Assembly (NCBI GenBank): GCA_964016885.1
Contig: OZ024742.1
Span: forward strand, 354,950,001-355,014,000
Direction: 5' to 3'
Length of the DNA stretch: 64,000 bases
From: Eledone cirrhosa
Lineage: Eukaryota
Shown here: piece by piece, positions 25,305 through 36,526 of the stretch
Position numbering within the stretch: the stretch's first letter is position 1
How the letters are laid out: each line of letters begins with the position of its first letter
Program-made: the position numbers and the translations under genes
The notes under the pieces: model-generated
What the model saw: the letters and a program-made list of their open reading frames with translations, nothing else
Told to the model about the DNA's origin: nothing
Databases searched by the model: none

Positions 25305-26805
25305 GAATGCTATGGTTGACGGAGGCTCGGCTCTGTAAGGTACTGTAAATTTTGAACGCTTTAACAATTGTAAATTGTTTAAAACTTAGACCAACTTGTA
25401 GACAAAACCACCCTCCTCCTCGTGAGAGGGGTCTTTCTGCCCGTTATTTGGCCCTTCGGGGTTAAATAACTGTTTATTGGGGGTTTGTACCCAATATTTA
25501 TTTTAAACAAAAAAAAACAACATGGCTACGAAAAAGAATTTGCATAGGTCACTCCCAATCATTCCGTCTTCTTCTTCCTCAATCGCCACTACAGCAGAGA
25601 GAAGATTGTCTCTCTCCCTCCCTTCTTTAAATGTGTCTCTCTCCCACCCTTCTCTTTCGCAAGTGACGAAAGAAAAGAAAAGTCTCGTGCAAAGCATGTA
25701 AGGTTTCTCCACGACGACAACGACAGCGACGAAACAGGTGTGCGGAAAATACGAAAACCCAGTTCATTCGTCTGACGTCAGGAATAATAGCAGTAGCAGC
25801 CGTAATAAAAACAGCAACAGTGACAATGAAAACAACAGTAGCAGCCGCAACATCATCACCAGCAGCATAAACAACAACAGCATTAGCAGCAGCAACACCA
25901 ACAACAACCACAGCAACAGCGGCGAAGGCAGTAGTCGTAGTACCTGCAGCAACAACAAAAATAAACTAGCCAATCTCTTCGGATGGACTATCGGGCCGGG
26001 GCCTATGGACAACTTCCAGAAATCCCTGGCCTGGCAGTGCTACCGGGGAGCTTTGCCAGTTCGAGATAAACTCTACAGGCATGGAGGTGCCGTCAGCCGA
26101 GCATGTCCGAGATACGCGCAGGGCGACGAAACCGTCCTGCACGCACTCGTCCAGTGTCCTAGCATTGCTGACTTGTCGGTTTATGTCGAACACCTACTGT
26201 CGCGTTTAGGACGGATCCGGCTATCATCTGAGTCCATCGTGAGGATTGCCCCGCCCTCCTCCTTTAGCCGGGAAGGGCAGGCAGTTTTTATCTGTCTGGT
26301 GGCCATGGCGAAAGAGATAGTATGGTGGACACGTTTGAAAGGGCTGAAGACGAGCACTTACATCTTCGGTGATGCCCTGATTGATTTTTTCAAATTTCAT
26401 TTGAAAAGGAAAATCAGAGTAGAGAGGGAAGTGCTCTCTTCCCAGCATTTTGTTGAAAGATGGGTGAGAGAAGCAAGAATGGCCCGAGTGAATGGGCCTA
26501 CTCTGAGTATATATCTGTAAATTAAAGGTGGAAAACTGGGAGAGGGCACTTGCCTTTGTGGTCAGGGTCATTGTGGCTTTTTACTGGGCTTTCTCCACAA
26601 ATGTCCCTCCGAAGTCTCCACCCTATTGGGGAATTTTTCATTGTTATTTTTGTTACATCCTCTGTTTTTGTTTTTTACACGCAGATATGCCCATTTGTAC
26701 CGTCCTGCATTGTCCTGCACTGTCCTTAATGTCTACTTTATGTAAACCCTTGTGGTTAATAAAGAAATCATTATTATTATTATTATTAGTAGTATTATTA
26801 TTATT
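25305..26805 (+). mobile_element. Tx1 array unit 5: chimeric or internally deleted element (5' UTR and ORF1 start fused to an ORF2 3' end of the unit-4 subfamily)
   Basis: CAACATGGCT start at 25522 and Asn/Ser repeats, joined at ~25958 to sequence nearly identical to 24487-25290. Confidence 0.85.
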
Positions 26806-26871
26806 GTAGTTGTTTTGTTGTTGTTATTGTCAGTCATATTTTTTGTCTTCTTAATATTATTATTATTTTCA

Positions 26872-27470
26872 CAGAATCGGTTGAGGGTCGGACGCCATGC
26901 TTTGCAACATGTGTTACGACCCTTTTTGGTCTGAGTTCAAATCCTGCCGAGGGTATCTTTGCCTTTCATCCTTACGGGGTCGATGAAATAAAGTACCAGT
27001 AAAATACTGAATTAATTGCTAAACAATTATTATGATAATAATAATTGTTTCTACTTCAGGCACAAGGCCAGCAATCACCCAGTGCATTACTGGTACTTTA
27101 TTTTATCGACCCCGTAAGGATGAAAGGCAAAGTCAACATCGGCGGGATTTGAACTCAGGTCATAAAGGGACGTAACTATGCTGGAAAGCATGGCGTCCGA
27201 CCCTCTACCGATACTGCCAATCCACCGCCTTTATAATAATAATAATAAATATAATAATAATAATAATTATTATTATTATGGTGGATTGGCAGTATCGGTA
27301 GAGTGTCGTATGTCATGCTTTGAAGCATAGAGTTACCTCCCTGTATGATCTGAGTTCAAATACCGCCGAGTTTAACTTTGCCTTTCATCATCCCGGGGTC
27401 GATAGAATAAAGTACCAGTAATGCACTGGATAATTGCTGGCCTTGTGCCAAAAGTAGAAACAATTATTAT
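26872..27470. mobile_element. Cluster of three SINE copies (+ 26872-27030, - 27046-27229, + 27279-27470) in TTA/TAA repeats
   Basis: Shared core GAGTTCAAAT...GCCGAG...TTTGCCTTTCATC...GGGGTCGAT...AAAGTACCAGTA. Confidence 0.88.
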
Positions 27471-28667
27471 TACTATTACTTTCTGTTTATCATCATAATA
27501 ATAATGATTTCTTTCTTTCTTTATTATTTATTTATCATCATAATAATAATACTGTGTGCTTTTGTTTGGGGCGCTAATATGTTTCCGTACGATTTTGTGT
27601 TGCAGATGTTCTGTTTGTTTATATGCCCAGTCTGCTTTGCTATGTATTTATTTGTATGTTTTTTTTTTACCACTGCCAAGATGCATGTAATATGGAGTGT
27701 TTCTATTTTATGTTAACAGATTATTTTTTATCTATTTCTAGGTTCTAGTGTTTGGATTATGTCTTTATTCTTGTTCAAGGAGCCATATTTTCTCATGGAT
27801 TTGCCAATTTATTTAGTGTTCAACACAATGGTGGTGTAGATTGTTATATTCCAGAACATAATCACATTGTCATTTTTAGTAAGGTTTTCATGTATTCAGG
27901 TGTTTTCCGTTGGTGTTCCTTAATGCCGGTATAACTTCTAGGTTATGTAAACTCCTATCTTTCTCATGATTGTAGATATATCCTTTCATAGATATGATTG
28001 GGCATCCAATGAAAGTATTGTCGAGGGTTTCTCTGAAAATGATCATGTTCTGAAATTATTGTTTTGGCTTCTTTCAATGAATATGTTGGTTTCTATTAGA
28101 AATGATTTATAGTGTGTCACATTCAAGAATCATTCCCTTTTACCTTTCAATACTCCTATTGTAATAGGGATGGGATTCGTTCCCCAAAATTAACTCGTAT
28201 TTTCATCAACAAAATTGTCATTATTCTCGCTGCCATACTTGCACCTGCCTGCTATCTTATGTATAGTCACTTTGTATAACATTTACTAGAATAAGTTTTC
28301 TAGAATCAATCAATTCCAAACTGATATATATATATATATGGTATACATTATTCAAGTATGTATATACTGATTAATAATTCATGGTTACAACTCTATAAGA
28401 CATTACAAATCAGTTCATGGCATGGATATCACTTTGTTTATTTTTCCAGGAGAATATTTATTTATTACAATTATGGTGTTTTACACTGTAGTTTGGCATG
28501 TTATAGTCTTTGTTTAGTGTGTGTCGTCTCAGGAACTAAGTCTTTTTATACAACTATCATTGGGTTTCTCATCATCATCATCAACATGATCATTAACATG
28601 GTCATCAATTTACAATAATTTCTTAATCATTATTGTAAAAGCAAAACAACCTTTTATTAGAAATAAT

Positions 28668-28815
28668 TGTTTTTACTATTGGCACAAGGCCAACAATTAT
28701 CGCTGTTTATTGCTGGTACTTTATTTTATCGACCCCGTAAGGATGAAAGCAAAGTTAATCTCCGCGGGATTTGAACTCATATCATAAAGGGCCGTAACTG
28801 AGTTCAAATCGCGCT
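28668..28815 (-). mobile_element. 5'-truncated SINE with 16-bp TSD
   Basis: TTTTATTAGAAATAAT at 28652-28667 and 28816-28831. Confidence 0.85.
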
Positions 28816-29049
28816 TTTTATTAGAAATAATAGCTTGAAATTTGGGCAAAAAAGGCCAATACGTTTTATTTGTATGAGAGTGACAAGTCTATTTCATCGA
28901 TCTCTGAAATTCTATTTTGTCGACGTCGGAAATATAAAAAGCAAGAATGACCTCATTATGATCTGTACCCAAAACATAAAGAGCACCAATAACCCCGCAA
29001 CGTGTTTTTGTTTCCAATAATCCTCAATCCTCGATATTCATAGAAATAA

Positions 29050-29245
29050 TTGTTTGCGACAATATCACAAGGTCAGCAATTTGGGCGAAAGTGTGAGTCG
29101 ATTATATGGACCCTACTAATTAACTGGAACTTCATTTTATCGAACACCAAAATATAAAAGGCAAATTTGACCATTAGAAATCTCAATAGAAATTGTCAGA
29201 ACAAATACAACAGTAGCATTTTATCTGACGCTCTATTAATTTACC
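29050..29245 (-). mobile_element. Old diverged SINE
   Basis: CACAAGGTCAGCAAT...TTTTATCGA...AAAGGCAAA resembles the SINE body. Confidence 0.55.
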
Positions 29246-29319
29246 ATCCTTTTATGGATATTGCCGTGTGTCTAATAAACACTGTGTGATGTGGGGAGTT
29301 ACGTGCCTTTTAAAATAAT

Positions 29320-29496
29320 TGTTTCTACTTTTGGCACAAGGTCAGCAATTATTCCAGTGTATTACTGGTACTTTATTTTATCGACCCAGCAATGATGAAA
29401 GGCAAAGTTAACCTCGGCGGGATTTGAACTCAGATCATGAAGGGCCGTAACTCTTTGCTGCAAAGCATGGCGCCAGACCCTTTACCGATACTGCCA
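29320..29496 (-). mobile_element. SINE with 12-bp TSD
   Basis: TTTTAAAATAAT at 29308-29319 and 29497-29508. Confidence 0.88.
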
Positions 29497-31204
29497 TTTT
29501 AAAATAATCTAGAACATCTTTACCACATGGCTTTCAAATTAGATGTAGTACAGAATGCTTGAGAAATGTTACAATTATCATAACTAAAATCATTTTGTTC
29601 ATAAGCAGCTTCAATTGAAATTGAAACAATTTCAACAGTAACAGATTACCTCCCATAACAAATACGTTTCCATAGAAATTAATTCCTGAATACGACCTCT
29701 GTTTTGTACCGGATAATTTTCAGAGCAGAAATATTTTAATAACGGTCGATTTTGATCCAGATATATCAAAGCAACACAGCGATCTCAGTTATTTAATTAA
29801 AATTTCTCGACAGGGGAAAGTAAGCATCAATAGGTCAATGGGTTCCAAATACGTACACAAATGATTAAATTTGTGTTGAAGACTGAACTCATTTCATATA
29901 TGCCTCTTTTTCAACCCTGCAGCCTATTTGTTTTAATCGATATTACGAAAGAAGTAGTCAACAGAAAAACCTAACATAAATCACTAATAATACAAGTTCA
30001 GAATTCATCTTTATTAACTACGTGAGTATTGCAGTCATGAACATTGCTTGTACATAGAAAGTATTACAACTTTTTGGATTCATATATCGAAACTAGAAAG
30101 CCAAACATATTTTAATTATTTCTAACGGCACATATTACAGTCATCTACGATCTAAATTATCCTTTTAATTACCCTCAAAACTATCATAATCATAATCATT
30201 ATCATCAACAATATCATACACTCATTAAATCTGTAAAAACGAAACAACCATTAGTTTTAGCAATACATGTTTTAAAAATATGATTACAAGTGAATATACG
30301 AAGTAGGAACTCCTGTCAAATACACATCCACGACGAAGGTTTGCTTCCTAGCTAAATATAATTGACATGACGTAAGTTGTCTATATGTTTGGAAAAGAAT
30401 GAATAAGTTCTACATAGTCTCTTCAAAATTTGTAGAATGTTTTATTGAGTCAGAATAAAATCCAACAATTTACATTGGTAGCTTTTCCTCTCACAATAGT
30501 AATCATTTATTCAAAAGTATATTATTTTAATAAAACTCTCTTTTCCTTATATTATATTCCCTGGCTATGTTTCTTCTACATTATTTCAACAAATCCAAAA
30601 TAATTCTAACGAAAACAAAAATAAAGTATAATGTCAGTAATAACAAGAATAAAAATAGCACATAGTTTTCTAAAATATTTGTCATAAAGTTAGAGAGCAG
30701 TAATGAGATTGCTAGCCAAAATGCAACAGTGTCAAACATAATTATTGCCATTTTAAATATCTGATGTGAAAGTGAAATAAACAATAGAAGGAAATAGTTG
30801 GCAGACTATCATGAGTTTTCCTAGATTATTGGCCAACAGTGGAAGGATGGAGGGTGGATATATATATATATATTTATGTAAAAGAGTTACTACAAACATA
30901 CAGACGTAAAACATAGCCACTGGGTTTGGAACGGTTAATCACCTTCGCTTCAGAGAAAAGCGCACATTCCCAGAGGTTTCTGCCAAGAAATATCAACAAA
31001 ACTACTAACATGGTAAAATAATAGATTGACAGAAGACATTGAAGCCTCGGGAGGAAAAGAGAGGCTGAGAGCTAAGAATATATATATATATATATATATA
31101 TATTTATTTATATATATAAACATATATATGTATATATATATGTAATATATATATGTTTATATATATATATGTAATATATATATATATGTAATATATATAT
31201 ATAT

Positions 31205-31244
<40 letters not shown>

Positions 31245-32254
31245 GGGGGGGGTGCTTGTGTGGTGTGAGTGTATGTATGTGTACGCGTGGGCTTGTATGC
31301 CTGTGTGTGTACTATCTATATGTAAGAGCGTGCGTTTTTCGGATTTTATTTTTACGTTTCCCACTAACAACGAATGATACGTTTTCCAAGCCAGACACGA
31401 TTTCTTCATTGAAATGTAGGCAATATTCAATATGAATATATATATAGATATAATTGGTCGTTTTGGAAGCCTCAACAATGCAAATGGGTAAATCTGCGGG
31501 TAACAGAATCAGGTGGTAATGAGAGAGAGATGTAATAGGAAATGTAGAATGAGACGTATAGGGTGTAGAGGAAGGTAGGAAAGAGTGTAAAAATAATAAC
31601 ACAAGATAGTGTTACCTTGGAAGTGATTTAATTGTCTCTATATTTCGGATTTAGTCACTATCAACTGGGATTTGCCGAGGGGAAACCTATATATGAAATC
31701 ACACATGTCATAGCCTTTCCGCATCTGTATGTTGCGATTGGATATATGTGTATCTATATCTACATATTTTTAAATGCGCGTTCGAGAGTAATTATACTTA
31801 TTATCGGATAAACATCTGGAATATTTTATACGTACATTTTCAAATATTCGTTAAAGGCTTGAATGTTTACTTTCTTAATTAGCCGTGCGTTTTCGAGTTT
31901 TCTGGAGCCTAGATCTTATGACTTATGCAGGGAAAGATTTGTTTACGTAGAACAGTGACCGATAATTACACTTATCAATCTTAGGTTAGACTCAGCAGAT
32001 TTAAGATGAGTTGGGAATATGTAATATGTTTGTTTATATGTGCACGAAAGATCCCTCAAATAAGTTGCCTATAACCATTACCTTTTAGAGATATTTTGAG
32101 AGTAAAATTCCACCAGAGAATGAGAGACAAGAAGGGAGAAAGAAATGTAGAGAAAGAATCGCCCTCAGTACTAATACCTAAACAATGCACAATCATTCCT
32201 ATCACAAATCCCACCACAAATCAATGAAACGAGAGAACTATAAAATATAAAATG

Positions 32255-32680
32255 TTGCTGCGGTTCCATTGTTGATCCTGTCGGTTTCCACCCACTGTCA
32301 TGCCGTTACAATGGTGGCCACCTCCAACGCCTAGCTGCTCTCAACGAGATCATAAACCCTGGCCTTGAGGGTACAGGATTCTCCTTCTACCTCGAGCCAG
32401 AGGGGTTTGACAGAGGGAGCTGTAAAAGGCCAGATACTTTGATAATATTCACATTATGTGGGGGCTGGACCCTCATCTTGGATGATATAAGTTGAAACAC
32501 CTCTAGCAGTAGCATGGTACGTTCGGCTTCAGTGAGGCCAAATAGGCTGAATAGGGTAAACGGTCACTCTATCTGATAAGTATAACCTGTACAGTGAAAA
32601 CGTCACGCGTTCTTGGTCCCCTGGCCATATCCTTTCTCACTGTTATCGGAGCGGCGTTTGCTGCCTGCAGGTGCGAGTCC
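32255..32680 (+). pseudogene. Fragment of a CRE-like non-LTR RLE endonuclease domain
   Basis: Manual translation CGSIVDPVGFHPLSCRYNGG...LNEII...LEPEGFDRGSCKRPD (CCHC, then EP...KRPD motif). Confidence 0.7.
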
Positions 32681-33888
32681 AGCAATGTGGAGTGTCCATT
32701 TCGAATGAAATTTTTTTGAAAAAGCTTGCATTATATTTTTTTCCTTTTAATCGTGCCACTATACCCATTGTGAAAGTCAGCTTTAGGACCACATATACCC
32801 TTCTCAAATTCACTAACTCTTTTAAAGCTACAAAAAAGAACTACATAAGTATCACAGTTATTCCTATTTTTCTCATCACAATTGTTCTTACAGTTTTAAT
32901 CATGTTTGAGGATACACTATATTTCATATAGTCCATTTTCAGAACTCCCAAACGTACATTTTTCAGCTTGGAATCTATTTATCAACGCTAAAAAAACATG
33001 ATAGCTTTTTAAGGATAAAAACAGATTAAAACTATCGCTCGATTCCAGCCCTTCTCCCCAACCACAGACTTATGAAGAACTGAGAAAAACAAAGATTAGA
33101 AAAATCAACATCGAATAAACTATTAATTTTCCTTCACTTATTATCGTATCATCTAACCCATTTTGTATTTTATGGTCTAATTTAGAAGAATTTTATCGAA
33201 AATCTTCGTTCGATCAACACTTTTTCCTCCTATCCGAAATGACCTCGGTGCCGTCTCAACGTATAGAATATTTGTGTTATTATTTATTTGTTTATGCAAT
33301 TTTAGAGATAGTTTATGAGTCAGTCGAGATGTTTTCTCCAAAATTGGCAAATTAATTAAATAAATTCCTTATATCGATCAGCTAAGCTTTAAGCAACAAT
33401 GGCATTATAGTAACAATGATCTTCACTGAAATAACTAGCTATGTCATCCGCAATGCAACAACAACATCGCCTTTACGGCCATCACCAACACCATCTGATT
33501 CGCCATGATTATTACAAATTATTTCATATTAATAAAAAATGACAGAGAAAAGAAATTTAAGGAAAAAAATGAAGGATATTTGACACATTTAATGGAATAA
33601 CATGTATGTGTATTTTTTCTTCTTCCTCGCTATATTGTATTGGGCTTTACATAGATTGAATTCCGAGGCAGATTCGGTTTTTGTCATATTGTAAATATAT
33701 CGTTAATGGTTGTAGCAGATTCAATTCTCAGGGAGCCAGTCTAACCAGATGAAATAAATATTCCTTATGGAGAAAAGCAGCATAGTGTGAACATTTAAAA
33801 ATAACATTTCCTTAGTTTATAAAATAGAGGGGAATATCGTCCCAATGTATCATGGAAATCTTCTCAGTGTTTGCCTTCTTTCAATCAA

Positions 33889-34020
33889 TTCTTCTTCTTC
33901 TTCTTCTTCTTCTTCTTCTTCTTCTTCTTCTTCTTCTTCTTCTTCTTCTTCTTCTTCTTCTTCTTCTTCTTCTTCTTCTTCTTCTTCTTCTTCTTCTTCT
34001 TCTTCTTCTTCTTCTTCTTC
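33889..34020 (+). repeat. (TTC)n microsatellite, followed by a degenerate (CAC/CAT)n tract to ~34575
   Basis: Direct inspection. Confidence 0.97.
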
Positions 34021-34805
34021 CTCATCTAACAACACCAGAAAGATTAGAACATGCCCTACCCACAGACACTCCATTACCACCATCACCACCACCAACAGCA
34101 CTAGTGCCATCACCGTCACCAACTTCATCAACACTTCTCATTTCTTCTTCTCCTTCACAACCATCTTTTCTTATCTTCTATACACTCACCATCACGCCAA
34201 TCACCACCATCACTCCCATCACCACCATCACCCATAACTCCCATAACAACCATACCAATCACCACAATAACCCGCATCACCACCACCATCAACATCACCA
34301 CCATAAAAATCAACAACTTAAACATCACCATCATCACCAGCATTGACACCCTTATAAACTTCACCATCATCGCCACCACCATAACTATCACCACCTCTAC
34401 ACCCTTATCTTAACCCACAACCATCACCATCATAACCCTCACAAACATCACCATCAACCTCATATACATTATCATCACTATAGCCTCCATCACCATTAAC
34501 ATCATCATAATCACTACAACCATCATCAGCTCAATAGCCATCATCATCAACACCATACCCTTCATCATCACCACAATAAACAGTCAGTCATGCCATTCTA
34601 GATTTCTTTACAACTTTCCCTGTCACATTACTTACATATGATATATTTTCCTTATCTGTATATTTGTAGGAGAAAGTCATCGTACTCTATATATGAATGT
34701 GTGTGGTACATGATGTACATACACAAGCACACACACACATACACACACACACAAGCACACACACACACACACACACATACGCACACACCCACACATACAC
34801 ACACT

Positions 34806-34836
<31 letters not shown>

Positions 34837-34849
34837 TTATATAAACACG

Positions 34850-34941
<92 letters not shown>

Positions 34942-34966
34942 TATATAATATGAGATCAATATCCTC

Positions 34967-35540
34967 ACAGGTACTAAGTACCCTCGGAATTATATAGGGT
35001 GTCTATGATAAAGTTGTTGTTCAAGAGATAAGCGGAACAAGTAAAATTCAAACAATCTTTCAAATAAATTCAAAAAATGTAATTTAAATATCCATATTGC
35101 TTTTACCGACAGTTTCGCCTCATAAACGTTTGGAAATACTTCCAATGGAAAGTTCGGCTCTTCAGAAAGCATTTTCCCTTACATAGGACATAAACTCCCA
35201 CAGCCTGCAAATATATTGCCTCCAGCCAGCTAGTGCAGATCGAATAGGGCCGTAAACGTGACCTACACGTGAACTGGTCGGTAGTAGTAGCGGGTGTAGC
35301 ATAGATGTGTTGTCTGCCACACCACTAAAAAGAGCAACTAGGTAAACGACGGATTTTTCTCTACACATGGGAGAATTTACAGGTACTAAGTACCCTCAGA
35401 AATATATAGCGTGTCTAGGATACAGTTGTTATGAGGCGAAACCGTCGGTAAAATCAATATGGAGAGGTAAATATTTAAATTATATTTTTTGAATTTATTT
35501 TGAAAGATTGTTTGAATTTTACTTGTTCCGCTTATCTAAG
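34967..35540. mobile_element. PLE-like pseudo-LTR remnant with direct and inverted segments
   Basis: 34967-35020 repeated at 35379-35430; 35025-35125 inverted at 35430-35540; contains an HHR motif; flanked by (TA)n. Confidence 0.6.
35098..35171 (-). ncRNA. Minimal type I hammerhead ribozyme motif
   Basis: TGCTTT-CTGAAGA-GCC...GGC-GAAA-CTGTCGG-TA-AAAGCA: stem I, core, stem II and GUA site intact. Confidence 0.75.
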
Positions 35541-35569
35541 TATTATATATATATATATATATATATAAG

Positions 35570-35621
<52 letters not shown>

Positions 35622-35866
35622 CCACATATTTATGTATAAAAATATATATATATATACCTGCTTGTTTATGTTACACTTCATATACACATACACAAACAGC
35701 CACACAATCACAAACACAAATATACACAGAGACAAAAACATATATATTTATATATGTATATGGAGGATTTAATGTATACACTCATACACACGCACACAAA
35801 TATATATATACATTTATATACACGTGTTTGTGTATGTTTCTTCATATATACACACCCACACACACA

Positions 35867-35935
<69 letters not shown>

Positions 35936-36479
35936 AAGAATCAAAGAACTGTTCAAAACATTATTGTGCTTACAGCCGTTTCCTCCAAACCGAGGTTTGG
36001 ATTTCTTCGGAGCAATTTATTAATGCATGGACAGTTATATGACCTCGTTTTCAGCCGAGAGACATACCGATACATATTCAAACATTGATACATATTCAAA
36101 CATTGTGGGTCAACATTCATTACAGAATTTAGAGTGGCAGTACACACTTCGAGATTACATTTATATTAAGAGGTACAATCAAATCAAAAATACAGGTTAA
36201 AATACAACATGAAGATAAGCGGTTATATAGTGCAAATGTTATATGTGTGGCACGCATGTGCGTCTTGTTTATATAGTGTGGCAGAGAGATATGGTGGTAA
36301 ATTCTTTATATGATTGATATAACTGCTCTGTAAATCATCTGATGTTTTTACATTGAGCTACTTAACTTACTGGTAATAAGGTAGTAATACATTACTGCCT
36401 ACCACTATTTAGGGTGTGTGTAAAATACTTATAACTGCATAAGGTTTTGTATTTACATAACCATAAATAGTATAACTAA

Positions 36480-36526
<47 letters not shown>

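Noticed and set aside
2445-26805. Array as a simple segmental tandem duplication or a telomeric array
   Set aside because: Units have different 5' UTRs, ORF1s and truncation points; no TTAGGG repeats seen; non-array DNA lies on both sides
27650-28280. Very degraded RLE-type retroelement traces on the minus strand
   Set aside because: Only faint motif resemblance (NVIMFWNITI, PIPITIGV); cannot be supported by eye
33845-34346. Poly-Ser, poly-Glu and poly-Leu ORFs
   Set aside because: (TTC)n microsatellite
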